From IMG/VR virus record IMGVR_UViG_3300034018_000240: 64,000 nt of DNA. The stretch is one strand, 5' to 3'. The translations under genes and the position numbers were made by a program. The notes beneath the pieces are model-generated. The model ran no database searches, was not told where the DNA came from, and saw nothing but the letters and a program-made list of their open reading frames with translations. Origin of the DNA: a virus. Within the stretch, counting starts at the first letter, position 1. Each line of letters opens with the position of its first letter. Positions 1 through 8,977 of the stretch are shown here, one piece after another.

Positions 1-805
1 CTGCTTTGCTATGATATACAGGAATGCCTAATGCATCTGCAATCTTTGTGACACCACAGAATACTAGAATACGCTCGTCTTTATGTTTTGCTAGAAGTTC
101 TTTAGTCTTGTTAAGTTTTGCAAGACTGTTCTGAACAATTCTCATCCTAGCAAGACGTAAAAACATTGTACTCTTTCTCTGTTTCTCCATCTGATCTATA
201 ACCCAACCATAAGCATCAAATTGCTTCTTTTCAGTTTTCCATTTGCCTTTATAGTTGTTGTCCACTTTGTTATCTAATGCTACAGAAATCACTTTGATCT
301 CGTAGTCTGTAATAACACCTTCTTTAATTGCTTGTTCTATGGGATATGTAGCTAAAACTGGTAGCTTTAACTCTAGTCCTAATGTTTCTTCTGTATTTGA
401 TGTTAAAGTTCCTGTAAGACCTAACACTCTTTTGCAACATAATTCCTTTACAGCCTCTATTTGTGCTTCTGAGAGTAAATGTATCTCATCAAGTACAACT
501 AGGTCATAAAAGCATTCTGTGTGCTTTTTAATAGATAAATGTGTAGTATAAGTTATATTACTATTCTTATACTTTCTAGTTAAGAAGTCTTGTTCCCATG
601 CTGATTTAATCTTTAGATCAGGGTAGGCGATCAATATACTAATATCCTTGGGTAATTGCTCCAATATATTGATAGTTGTATATATTTTTCCAAACCTAGG
701 ACATAGATTAAGAATACCAGACTCTTCATGATCTAAAAATATCTTAGCAAACTGTTGCTGCCTCTTATCTCGTAATGTAAGGGTGTGGGGCTTTTGGTTT
801 GCCAT
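1..805 (-). CDS. SF2 (DEAD/DEAH-type) helicase; the 3' part of the gene (C-terminal part of the protein) lies beyond the window start
   Basis: Manual minus-strand translation from the ATG at 805 gives MANQKPHTLTLRDKRQQQFAKIFLDHEESGILNLCPRFGKIYTT...CFYDLVVLDEIHLLSEAQIEAVKELCCKRVLGLTGTLTSNTEE...ILVFCGVTKIADALGIPVYHSKA. It contains a DEIH motif II and an LGLTGT motif III-like segment. The ORF continues past position 1 and is absent from the ORF track because it is truncated. Confidence 0.6.
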   Translation of the reverse strand, partial: MANQKPHTLTLRDKRQQQFAKIFLDHEESGILNLCPRFGKIYTTINILEQLPKDISILIAYPDLKIKSAWEQDFLTRKYKNSNITYTTHLSIKKHTECFYDLVVLDEIHLLSEAQIEAVKELCCKRVLGLTGTLTSNTEETLGLELKLPVLATYPIEQAIKEGVITDYEIKVISVALDNKVDNNYKGKWKTEKKQFDAYGWVIDQMEKQRKSTMFLRLARMRIVQNSLAKLNKTKELLAKHKDERILVFCGVTKIADALGIPVYHSKA

Positions 806-975
806 AGCTTATAATTGTTGTAAATGACCAAAATAAATACTCAGCATTCACAGCTACGTATGGGTCATGTTTTTGTATGTTGTTCATCAAACTGACTGTA
901 GGGAACAACACCACTTGCCACCAATGGCTCTTTTTAGTGGGTAATGTATTATACATTTTGAAGTTTAATTTCATG

Positions 976-2037
976 TTACTTGTTTAAAAAGAAAGTTTTA
1001 TTAATAATCTCATTGTATACGTTTTCATTCATATACTTTACTTTTGGTAGCTCTTTGAACATACCAATCTGACCTAGGAAACCTAGACCAATTCTTACAT
1101 CATCCTCACCATATGAATTCTTAATGAGTCTTAATGATCTAAAGTACTTTGCACCATACTCATCTCTAAGTTTGTTCAGGTCATATCCTGATGGGTCTTG
1201 TACTTTATATCTCATAGGGTCAAACAATGCTAGGACAACGTCAGCATCGTTCTGGGTTTGTGAACTGTCAGCAAAGTCTTCCAACTGTGGTTCTACATCA
1301 CCATTCTTTAGTCTCATTGGACTAGAAATGTCTCTGTTGAACTGACTGACAATCACAGGACTATAACCATACATATCTCTAGCATATCTAAGCTCATCTG
1401 ACATTTTATCTATCAGTTGCTTCTTAGTAGGATAGTCTTTTGTTGGTTTCAATAAACCTATATGATCAATAACAACAATAGTTAGTTCACTCTCATTATT
1501 AGGAATGTATCTTTTGTTATACTGATCTACATCTTCTATTACACCATTTTGTAATGCATGTTCTTTTAGATGTTTAGATATGCCTATTGGGTTATCTGGT
1601 CCATCAATGATTGTAATGACATCTTTCATGTTCTCTAAGTAATCTTCATACATCAAGAATAGATCGTGCTCATCACTCGTCATCTTCTCTGTCCAACCTA
1701 ATAGCTTTGGCACAGGAATAATTACTCCTTGGTCTAGAAATATCTTTCTACTGACCCACTTGGCATACTTGTACGTTCTACTACGCTCCATTGAGCGATA
1801 TATGATGCGTAACTTCAGTTCTGGAGGTTTGTTATCAATGTACCAATCAAATGGATTTAAAACATAAGCGTCATCAATGAAGCTAGTTTTACCTGATCCA
1901 GTGAGACCACCCACAAGTGTGTACATAGACTTCCTAATGCCAATGTATCTGTTCAATCTATCAAAGCCCATAGGTATACCATTGTTTCTACCATCTAGGC
2001 CAGCTTGAACTTCTCGTTTTAAATCTTCAAAACTCAT
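976..2037 (-). CDS. DnaB-family (RecA-fold) replicative DNA helicase, helicase domain only
   Basis: 353 aa. Walker A in TLVGGLTGSGKTSFIDDA, Walker B-like TIVVIDHIGLL, DnaB H3-like IVSQFNRD, H4-like ADVVLALFD. Motif order and spacing match the DnaB/T7 gp4 helicase family. Confidence 0.7.
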   Translation of the reverse strand: MSFEDLKREVQAGLDGRNNGIPMGFDRLNRYIGIRKSMYTLVGGLTGSGKTSFIDDAYVLNPFDWYIDNKPPELKLRIIYRSMERSRTYKYAKWVSRKIFLDQGVIIPVPKLLGWTEKMTSDEHDLFLMYEDYLENMKDVITIIDGPDNPIGISKHLKEHALQNGVIEDVDQYNKRYIPNNESELTIVVIDHIGLLKPTKDYPTKKQLIDKMSDELRYARDMYGYSPVIVSQFNRDISSPMRLKNGDVEPQLEDFADSSQTQNDADVVLALFDPMRYKVQDPSGYDLNKLRDEYGAKYFRSLRLIKNSYGEDDVRIGLGFLGQIGMFKELPKVKYMNENVYNEIINKTFFLNK

Positions 2038-2660
2038 ATGTCCATTCCTTTAATTGGTTCGTCAGCCTCTTTAATTACCACACCCTGATTGATAAGCTCT
2101 ATATAGTTTTGAAATGAGCGTTGATTCAAATAAGTAAGACTGCCTTGCATGTAACTTAATCTATTTGTACCTGTCTTGAAAGAATTCTCTTTCTTTTGCG
2201 TCACTTCATATTCTAATGCTGCTATGAGCTGATCAACTGTGTATTCTCCTTCAGCAAGGATAGCATCTAGTTTTAGTTGGCAGTCATCTTTGTAAACACG
2301 CAGTGTTCTACCACCTGAGAAGCTTTTACCTTTATGTGTAAAGATATCAGTTCCTGGATATGCAGCCCACCATCTCTCAAACTCAGCAAAGGTTTGTGTT
2401 TTCTTTACAATCTTACTAGTCTTAGCACGTGTGTTCATGAATTCCAATAGATTCCTACCAAGGACTGTAATCTTAAATTGCTCAGACACTAATCCTTTTC
2501 TACGCAATGTCTGACATAGCATATCTGTCTTTGCTCCTCCTTCAGCTAATGTCTTGATGTCAAATTCTTCATCTATCAGCTTGAGAAGAAATACCATGTC
2601 TAATGTATATCCATCTTTGAGTAGTTGCTCAAAATGGTAAGGGGTTACTTTGATGTTCAT
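2034..2660 (-). CDS. hypothetical protein (208 aa), translationally coupled to the downstream helicase gene (ATGA overlap)
   Basis: Long ORF in the same orientation as neighbours. The 4-nt stop/start overlap with the DnaB-like gene suggests a functional link (possible loader/accessory factor; speculation). No recognisable motif. Confidence 0.45.
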   Translation of the reverse strand: MNIKVTPYHFEQLLKDGYTLDMVFLLKLIDEEFDIKTLAEGGAKTDMLCQTLRRKGLVSEQFKITVLGRNLLEFMNTRAKTSKIVKKTQTFAEFERWWAAYPGTDIFTHKGKSFSGGRTLRVYKDDCQLKLDAILAEGEYTVDQLIAALEYEVTQKKENSFKTGTNRLSYMQGSLTYLNQRSFQNYIELINQGVVIKEADEPIKGMDI

Positions 2661-2874
2661 GTTCTCTGTTTAGTATTTTGTCTTTATCAATTACTACTAT
2701 CTGAGCAGGCAGTTTTATTCTTCTAAACTCCTCTTCAAGTATCTGTTGTGTCTCTTGCAAATATACTAAATCTTTGAGAGATTCTCTCTCCCAATCTTCA
2801 TTAATTTGTAGATTTTTCATCTTTTTTATATTGTGCGTTGTTCCAAAAGAATGGACATGCCACTGTAATAACAC
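2629..2874 (-). CDS. small hypothetical protein; probable true start at ATG 2820 (MKNLQINEDWERE..., 63 aa)
   Basis: The ORF-track start is a GTG directly preceded by an in-frame TAG. An ATG lies at 2820. No motifs. Confidence 0.25.
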   Translation of the reverse strand: MLLQWHVHSFGTTHNIKKMKNLQINEDWERESLKDLVYLQETQQILEEEFRRIKLPAQIVVIDKDKILNREHEHQSNPLPF

Positions 2875-3028
2875 CTAGTGTTACATCATGTTCATCTAAC
2901 ATCATGTTCACTTTATATGGGGGATCTGAAAAATATGATTGTCCCAACTCATCAGGAATTGCTGTATATCTATGACAATTTAGTCTTAACATACAACTAC
3001 CACCTTTACAACATGAAATATCTGGCAT
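2801..3028 (-). CDS. small Cys-rich protein (75 aa) containing an FSDPPY motif
   Basis: MPDISCCKGGSCMLRLNCHRY...SYFSDPPYKVN. DPPY is the catalytic motif IV of N6-adenine/N4-cytosine DNA methyltransferases, but the ORF is far too short to be an MTase and no FxGxG motif follows. Confidence 0.3.
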   Translation of the reverse strand: MPDISCCKGGSCMLRLNCHRYTAIPDELGQSYFSDPPYKVNMMLDEHDVTLGVITVACPFFWNNAQYKKDEKSTN

Positions 3029-3029
3029 C

Positions 3030-3305
3030 TTATTTGTTTTTATGATTAATGTATATACGTAGTGTCTTATGTGTATCTTCTATCAAAGCTATCACTTTGG
3101 CATTCTTATCCCAATTGTAATACTTAACTACACCATCTTCTACAACTTCAATTTGTGTAACTAGTGTAGTGTTTAATATATTTTTACTAGGTAGAGGTAG
3201 TTTGTTTAGGGATATGTCCCTTGTACTCATTGGTCTGTGATAAGGATATTTTCCTGACATATGTTTAGTTTTAATTATTCTGCTGCATAACCAAAGAATA
3301 TCCAC
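3030..3305 (-). CDS. hypothetical protein (91 aa)
   Basis: ORF in the co-oriented early block; no motif. Confidence 0.3.
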   Translation of the reverse strand: MDILWLCSRIIKTKHMSGKYPYHRPMSTRDISLNKLPLPSKNILNTTLVTQIEVVEDGVVKYYNWDKNAKVIALIEDTHKTLRIYINHKNK

Positions 3306-3832
3306 TCACCATCTCTTTCTGTTGGTGATTTTTTGTATGTTATCTTAGCTACTAAGTTGTCACCTTTCTCTAAGAACTTCTTGATTACTATTGATGTAGT
3401 TACTTGATACTTTTCTGTATATTTACGAGCGTCTTTTACAGCATCCCCTTTTGTATCCCATGAACCAATAACATGATCACCACGTTGAACAACATATTTA
3501 AGTACCCACTTCTTCGTACCTGGTGTAACTATGTGCTCCACTTGAGATTGAGTCTTGTTCTTATTACCTACAGGTTGTACAACACATATAGCTGAACAAT
3601 CACGTTTGTTCATAGCATGACTATCAAATCTGTCACGTATGTAAGCAGATACATCATTAAACTTACTTTTCTTATATGCTTCTGTTTCATCTCTAAATCC
3701 ATGGGTAGTACTAATTGTACCATTGTAGCCATCTTGATGACCATACTCAAGTTCAGCTTCTTCACAAGCTCTGTTATATGCTTCTTCTGCTGTTTTACCA
3801 CCATATCTTGCTTTAAATTGACATGCTCCCAT
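3275..3832 (-). CDS. hypothetical protein (185 aa)
   Basis: Long ORF, co-oriented; no recognisable catalytic motif. Confidence 0.5.
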   Translation of the reverse strand: MGACQFKARYGGKTAEEAYNRACEEAELEYGHQDGYNGTISTTHGFRDETEAYKKSKFNDVSAYIRDRFDSHAMNKRDCSAICVVQPVGNKNKTQSQVEHIVTPGTKKWVLKYVVQRGDHVIGSWDTKGDAVKDARKYTEKYQVTTSIVIKKFLEKGDNLVAKITYKKSPTERDGEWIFFGYAAE

Positions 3833-3843
3833 AATTATTTATT

Positions 3844-4029
3844 TTATCTGCCATTCCAGGCAGGTGATGTAAATGAAATTCCTCCTTCTGTTCTATGATT
3901 GTTATTAATCTGATTGTCAGATGGTTCATCGTCTTCTTCATCTTCCCAATCGCAATGATCCCTACATTCAGGACAAATGTCTATCTCAGGCATACGAGAG
4001 TATGCCCCACAACATGTTGAATAAGCCAT
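3844..4029 (-). CDS. small zinc-ribbon-like acidic protein (61 aa)
   Basis: CC..(x)..CPEC..HC cysteine/histidine spacing followed by the acidic run DWEDEEDDEPSD. Confidence 0.4.
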   Translation of the reverse strand: MAYSTCCGAYSRMPEIDICPECRDHCDWEDEEDDEPSDNQINNNHRTEGGISFTSPAWNGR

Positions 4030-4040
4030 AAATTTTAGTT

Positions 4041-4442
4041 TTATTTTACTTCAATGTGATTCCTACCATCATTCCAATAACTTATGTCACCATACCATAC
4101 AAAGATTTCTTCGTCTGGTTGTATGAGCTTTGTAGCAACAAACTCAAATGTGTTGCGTTCTATGTTGGATCTCCAAGCAGCGTTGGCTGTGTCTGAATGA
4201 TTATAGAATGAACCAAACCCACCAGCTACCACTTGTTTCTCCCATCCTGATCCACCACCCTGTGGCCAATTGAATCTGTAATCTATGACACAAGGAGAAA
4301 CTTCTCCATTCTTCATACCTACATCAAAAAAGGGACACTCTTCTATGATGTCCCCTTCAAATATTACCTTGTCTGCAAATACTCCCCAGCCATGTATGCT
4401 GCTTGGAGCCATGTAGACTTTTGTTGATTGATAGATACGCAT
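4041..4442 (-). CDS. SET-domain protein lysine methyltransferase (minimal viral vSET-like, 133 aa)
   Basis: GWGVFADKVIFEGDIIEECP matches the SET N-region (compare chlorovirus vSET GYGVFARKSFEKGELVEEC, quoted from memory). GFGSFYNHSDTANA matches the NHSxxPN pseudoknot motif. EEIFVWYGDISYW matches the EELxxxYG post-SET motif. Size fits minimal viral SET proteins. Confidence 0.8.
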   Translation of the reverse strand: MRIYQSTKVYMAPSSIHGWGVFADKVIFEGDIIEECPFFDVGMKNGEVSPCVIDYRFNWPQGGGSGWEKQVVAGGFGSFYNHSDTANAAWRSNIERNTFEFVATKLIQPDEEIFVWYGDISYWNDGRNHIEVK

Positions 4443-4444
4443 AA

Positions 4445-4717
4445 TTAATCTTTTATTCTCAAACCAAACTGTAAGTCAAACCATTGAAAGTTTGCCTCAG
4501 CTCTTGATTTGTTTATTTTAAATACTTTCTTCATTAATGGAATAGCGTAAGCTTTAAACTGATCATGTTGTTCTTGTGTCATAGTCCATTTGCTATACCA
4601 TTCTTTAGTCATAAATGCTTCTTGTGTAGACTTACCAATCATTCCTAATTGATAGTCTACTAAATGATCACCTATGTTCTCTCTATTTATCTTTGCCATG
4701 CTTTTTGATTTCTTCAA
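4445..4717 (-). CDS. hypothetical protein (90 aa)
   Basis: Co-oriented ORF, no motif. Confidence 0.4.
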   Translation of the reverse strand: MKKSKSMAKINRENIGDHLVDYQLGMIGKSTQEAFMTKEWYSKWTMTQEQHDQFKAYAIPLMKKVFKINKSRAEANFQWFDLQFGLRIKD

Positions 4718-4907
4718 TTACTTCATCCCAGTATTGTGGATCATTATCTAGTCCAGAACCCATCCACATATCTTTGGCTTTTGTATCCATTATTTCATGT
4801 GCTGTTAGCGATGCACAGTCTGCTGCTTTATATATATCTCCAACTATGGATAAATGATTGAGTACGAGATATGCTGCTTTTACTTTTGCTTCCATTGTGT
4901 GTCTCAT
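4683..4907 (-). CDS. hypothetical protein (74 aa)
   Basis: Co-oriented ORF immediately upstream of polB (1-nt stop/start overlap); no motif. Confidence 0.4.
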   Translation of the reverse strand: MRHTMEAKVKAAYLVLNHLSIVGDIYKAADCASLTAHEIMDTKAKDMWMGSGLDNDPQYWDEVIEEIKKHGKDK

Positions 4908-6859
4908 TAGAATAAACTCATTTGATTAGGATTAACAATAACTTTACGTTTCTTACCTTCTAGTTGTATCTTGTGTATTATGCGTTCAGCACGCTCAATA
5001 TAATATGCATGATTGATGTTGTCCAGAGGATGATCTGATGTTAGATGATTACATACATGCATCACCCAATCACCTGCTTCCACTTGTGATACATCAACAG
5101 CTGTGCTATCTGAATTCTCGTTCTTCACCTTCAGTAGCTTCTCTCCTGTATTAGATACATAATATCTAATCAGCTTGTTATAGACTGTCTTCGTCTCTTT
5201 GCTGTGACCTTCGTAATGAAAGTCTTTACTAGCTTTCTGTCTGAGACAAAAGTCATATATATTTGTATGATTGCGAATGGTATCAGCCACAGGCACGTCA
5301 TTAACAAAAAAATGCTCAAGTGCAATAGGGACAACCCTAGCACTCTTATTTTTGTGTAGTTCAAAGTCTGTAAGGAAGTCACCCTTCTTTTTGATTTCGC
5401 CATCTGTTTTGATTGCTAGATAGTCATTTACTGTCGAGAATATAATCTTAGCATAGTCTGTACGTTCTAACTCATAACTGGTTAGATCCATCCACCACTT
5501 GTTAATCTCATGCATCTTCTCAACTTTGTCTTTGTGCACCTTGATTGTCACACCATCTGTATTTGCAGATATAATGTTTATACCAGCTAATTCATATGCT
5601 TCGATGAGCATCAGAAGACTTAGTTCTCCTGTGATGGTTGTGAACATTGTGAGCTGTCTGTCATAGATCCAAGACTGCATGTCAGAAGACTTACCATAAA
5701 CTGAATTGACTGCGAGTTTGAGTGCTCCAACAATACCTTTAATCTTTTTATCCTTTTTAGCAAGAGGCTTGAGCTCCAATCTTTTATCAAACATGGTTTT
5801 GTATCCTCTAAGGAACTCAGGGCCCAAATGATGAGGATATTTACCATTATTAATAATGATAGCAGGGTAATAACTGGATACATCCCAATCCACAATAATA
5901 TAATCAGCATCAGCTTCAAATATCTTAGGCTTGTTCTCTGTATGTAAGCCACCCTTTGCAAAAGTGTATATGTTGTCATAAAACTCTAATGATTCTTTAA
6001 ATTCATCTTTGATAGTTAGTTTCTCTTTGCTAATTGCTTTTAAGAACTGTTGTAGTTTTGGTGTCTGGAATGTAATGTAATCAGCAATACAATGTCTCAC
6101 CTTTACTTCAGTTCTAAACAAGCCTTTCTTTGGTAAATCAGAATATAATATGTTCTTTTCTTGACAATAGAACTTCTTAATCATCTCATCACCAATCTTA
6201 CTATCAGAATAGTTTAAACATGGTATGCCAAACTCTTCTTCAATATCTTGTCTGAGCTCTATCTGATTATTGCCCTTATACAATGGATGCTCAGTTTGAC
6301 CTATTGTTACCTTGTAGAACTCATAGGTAGCCATAACATCATTCTTACAATAGTCTTTAGTCAGTTGAATCTCTTCATCTGTCATGTTAATCTTTGTATG
6401 ATGTATAGGCATCTCTTCAATGTTCTCTAGATCCATCTCAAACTCTAGTCGTTTCAGTGAGACCATTCTATTCTTGTTATCATAGTGGTTCACTCTGAAT
6501 ACATCTATCTGCTTAAGTGTAAGCCATTCTTCTCTGTACTCAGGAAATACATCATAGTTAGCATCATGGATAATATCAGCAGCCTTTTGTGCTATCTTAG
6601 CAGCTGTCTCAAGAGCTGTGAGCTCATGCCAGTTTTCATAGTTACGCAAGATCCACTCAATCACTTGAGAGTCAAAGCGTAAGTTATTATAACCAACCCA
6701 ATAGTATTCAGGATGTTGTTCAATAAATCTCATATACCCATCTAGTTGGTTCTTATCCTTACTCACTTCAAACTCTGTATAAGTTTTGCTCCCAGGATTA
6801 TATATGCCAATGAGGAATAACTCCTGCATTGTCTCAATATCATAGATGAGTATATTCAT
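4907..6859 (-). CDS. family B DNA polymerase with 3'-5' proofreading exonuclease (650 aa)
   Basis: Exo I IYDIET, Exo II YNNLRFD, Exo III YCKNDV. Pol motif A DWDVSSYYPAIII (DxxSLYPS), motif B KLAVNSVYGKSS (Kx3NSxYG), motif C-like ISANTDGV (variant of YxDTDS). Compact size and motif B resemble phi29-type protein-primed polymerases. Confidence 0.85.
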   Translation of the reverse strand: MNILIYDIETMQELFLIGIYNPGSKTYTEFEVSKDKNQLDGYMRFIEQHPEYYWVGYNNLRFDSQVIEWILRNYENWHELTALETAAKIAQKAADIIHDANYDVFPEYREEWLTLKQIDVFRVNHYDNKNRMVSLKRLEFEMDLENIEEMPIHHTKINMTDEEIQLTKDYCKNDVMATYEFYKVTIGQTEHPLYKGNNQIELRQDIEEEFGIPCLNYSDSKIGDEMIKKFYCQEKNILYSDLPKKGLFRTEVKVRHCIADYITFQTPKLQQFLKAISKEKLTIKDEFKESLEFYDNIYTFAKGGLHTENKPKIFEADADYIIVDWDVSSYYPAIIINNGKYPHHLGPEFLRGYKTMFDKRLELKPLAKKDKKIKGIVGALKLAVNSVYGKSSDMQSWIYDRQLTMFTTITGELSLLMLIEAYELAGINIISANTDGVTIKVHKDKVEKMHEINKWWMDLTSYELERTDYAKIIFSTVNDYLAIKTDGEIKKKGDFLTDFELHKNKSARVVPIALEHFFVNDVPVADTIRNHTNIYDFCLRQKASKDFHYEGHSKETKTVYNKLIRYYVSNTGEKLLKVKNENSDSTAVDVSQVEAGDWVMHVCNHLTSDHPLDNINHAYYIERAERIIHKIQLEGKKRKVIVNPNQMSLF

Positions 6860-7125
6860 AATTGTTTATTTTTGTTAGTCCATCCATTTGCCATGTGTTC
6901 TTAAATGCCAAAATCTATGGCTTAACACTGCAACTATTATACCCCAAAATGTATCAGCTTCATATGAGCCTTCTTTAACTATTAGTTTCATATTATCTTT
7001 TATATGTTTTAATGTATTCTTTAATACACCATTTAATCATGTCCCATAGATAATATCTTTGTTTTGATTTAGAAAGCTTGTGTAAGCTTTCATAATAACT
7101 AAAATATTCATTCATAATTAGAAGT

Positions 7126-7392
7126 TTATTTCTCTTTTACTGATTTCTTAGCTGTTTTCACAGACTTTTTACTCTTATTAGAAATATAGTTCTCTTTACT
7201 ATCTAATAATGTAAGAAACGCTGCACTAATAACATCATATAAATATTTATCTTCAAGCATAGCTGATGCAAATGATGCAGCTAATATTGTTTTATCACCA
7301 TCGTCATCATATAATGTATGTACAGTGCCATCACCTATAGACATAAAGAAATGAGCTTTGAGCTTTGCTATTTGTGCTTTACTTTTTGCCAT
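7126..7392 (-). CDS. hypothetical protein with lysine-rich C-terminal tail (88 aa)
   Basis: C-terminus KSKKSVKTAKKSVKEK is histone-H1-like/basic; possible nucleic-acid binding (speculative). Confidence 0.45.
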   Translation of the reverse strand: MAKSKAQIAKLKAHFFMSIGDGTVHTLYDDDGDKTILAASFASAMLEDKYLYDVISAAFLTLLDSKENYISNKSKKSVKTAKKSVKEK

Positions 7393-7476
7393 ATTTATCT
7401 TTTAAACGTTGATAAACATAAGTTACCATATATGCCCAGCATATCACTGCTAAGACTATTTGAATGTAGAATAAAA

Positions 7477-7686
7477 TCATAAATTTATATTATATCTTTC
7501 TAATGAGATGTTCTTACAGAATCTAATCTCTTTGTTTGTTAATGTCCATATTTGTCCATCATCCATAGCACATGTAAATAAAAGGTTATGCTCCTGGCTA
7601 TAATCTATAACCAAAAAAGCATAACCTTCCATTTTATCAGATACCCTTACTATTGGTATCATTGGATTTAATTGCAGAATCATCAT
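7477..7686 (-). CDS. hypothetical protein (69 aa)
   Basis: Small co-oriented ORF. Confidence 0.3.
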   Translation of the reverse strand: MMILQLNPMIPIVRVSDKMEGYAFLVIDYSQEHNLLFTCAMDDGQIWTLTNKEIRFCKNISLERYNINL

Positions 7687-7781
7687 CTTTATTTGTATTA
7701 TCGTCTATAAATGGGGCATTTATCCATTCAACTATGATCCATACCCAAACAAGTAATACAAAGATAATAAAATAAATCATG

Positions 7782-8021
7782 TCAATAGTTTTTAAATCTA
7801 ATAAGTTTATACTCATCAGAGCTGATATACATATATCTGCGTCCTTTGATGTGTAATCTCTTAGATGGTTTATAATTTGCTTTCACAGCAAATATACTAT
7901 CTATTAGTTTAGAACAAGAATTAATTGTTCTTCTATAAGAAGAATCTTGTTGGTCTGGTTCGTACACTGTAATTGTATGTGTGCAATGTGGTTTTGCACT
8001 AAAGATTAGGCTGTAAGACAT
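7782..8021 (-). CDS. hypothetical protein (79 aa)
   Basis: Small co-oriented ORF; start preceded by CCAACACACATG, which resembles the AACACAC upstream motif of the 9485 and 9907 genes. Confidence 0.3.
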   Translation of the reverse strand: MSYSLIFSAKPHCTHTITVYEPDQQDSSYRRTINSCSKLIDSIFAVKANYKPSKRLHIKGRRYMYISSDEYKLIRFKNY

Positions 8022-8039
8022 GTGTGTTGGTATTAGTGG

Positions 8040-8348
8040 TTAAAAGAAGAATGTCATACCTGTTTCAGATATCTCTATCTTTGTAGGCTTTCTAAACGTA
8101 ACAGATCTTTTAAGAGGCATCTTTGTAGATACTGTCTTTGTCATAACTGGTTGACGTCTAGTGCGTTGTGGTGCCATGTCTAACATTTTAATGTAAACAC
8201 CATTAACTGGTCTGTTAAGACTGTTAGCTACAAACTTTGATAACTTAGCCATGGACATAGGCTTTGCAGTCTTTTTGTTGTCCATCATCATTGTCTTGAT
8301 TGTTCTTAATTCCTTCTTGGAATAGTTGTTTGATCCTTTCTTTCTCAT
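8040..8348 (-). CDS. hypothetical basic protein (possible later start near 8252-8291)
   Basis: Overlaps the upstream ORF by about 100 nt as drawn. K/R rich. Confidence 0.25.
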   Translation of the reverse strand: MRKKGSNNYSKKELRTIKTMMMDNKKTAKPMSMAKLSKFVANSLNRPVNGVYIKMLDMAPQRTRRQPVMTKTVSTKMPLKRSVTFRKPTKIEISETGMTFFF

Positions 8349-8646
8349 TTTGCTTTATTTTTTTGTTTAGTAAATACTGTTTTCTTTTAATTCTAGCTTC
8401 CTTTCTTTTCTTATTATGTTTCTTATTAATAGGTCCAGCTTGTTGCTGTCTCAATATTTGTTTTGGTGTTGTATCAAGACTAGTTAGCGTTTCACCTATT
8501 TTAGCTGATAAAGCTGTTCTAGGTTTTAATGGTAAAGGTATATTATGATGACTCATATGACCAGTATCAACACTTAAATCAATCTCTTTCACCAAACGTG
8601 GAGGGTTTTTAATCCTTCTCTTTCTTGTATTTCCTTTTAATATCAT
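8245..8646 (-). CDS. hypothetical highly basic protein (133 aa)
   Basis: KKHNKKRKEARIKRKQYLLNKKIKQNEKERIKQ low-complexity basic region. Sits immediately downstream of the 8671-8697 terminator, so probably the first gene of a new transcription unit. Confidence 0.35.
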   Translation of the reverse strand: MILKGNTRKRRIKNPPRLVKEIDLSVDTGHMSHHNIPLPLKPRTALSAKIGETLTSLDTTPKQILRQQQAGPINKKHNKKRKEARIKRKQYLLNKKIKQNEKERIKQLFQEGIKNNQDNDDGQQKDCKAYVHG

Positions 8647-8670
8647 ACGCTCTTCTATTTTATGTGTAAT

Positions 8671-8697
8671 AAAAAAGCCCTACATTTCTGCAGGGCT
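8671..8697 (-). terminator. rho-independent terminator for leftward transcription
   Basis: Minus-strand reading AGCCCTGCA-GAAA-TGTAGGGCT (9-bp stem with one G-U, GNRA tetraloop) followed by TTTTTT. Lies between the stop of 8717-8977 and the start of 8245-8646. Confidence 0.55.
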
Positions 8698-8716
8698 CTC
8701 GCTTACTAACCACACA

Positions 8717-8977
8717 TTAACCTAACCTTAATTTATTATCGTCCCATAATGCACTGACATTTAACTCTTTACACCATTGGTTGAACTTTTCACGCTCTGT
8801 AGGTGTAAATGGTTTGTTAATCTTTACAGTGATTTTGGGTCTGTCTTCTGTCTTTTGCTTGTTTTTAAATAATTCTAAGATATTTCTCATAGCTATTTCG
8901 TTTTGAATGTTAATATTATTCTGTTTCATGGTCTGCATCATTTGGTTCAGGATCATATTCAGTGAGGTCATCTTCAT
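8717..8977 (-). CDS. hypothetical protein (start probably at an internal Met, about 8935-8971)
   Basis: Co-oriented ORF followed by the intrinsic terminator. Confidence 0.35.
   Translation of the reverse strand: MKMTSLNMILNQMMQTMKQNNINIQNEIAMRNILELFKNKQKTEDRPKITVKINKPFTPTEREKFNQWCKELNVSALWDDNKLRLG

Noticed and set aside
765-974. 69-aa minus-strand ORF between the two helicase genes
   Set aside because: Overlaps the inferred start of the SF2 helicase (805) in another frame and has no motif. Retained only as a possibility. If the SF2 helicase actually starts further downstream, this could be a real small gene.
1124-1345. 73-aa plus-strand ORF
   Set aside because: Embedded antisense within the DnaB-like helicase gene.
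2629-3028. Idea that the 2801-3028 and 2629-2874 ORFs are two halves of a frameshifted DNA methyltransferase (DPPY in one, SFGTT resembling GSGTT in the other)
   Set aside because: The SFGTT peptide comes from an alternative frame of the same nucleotides that encode the end of the DPPY ORF. An in-frame TAG directly precedes the second ORF. No motif order consistent with any MTase class.
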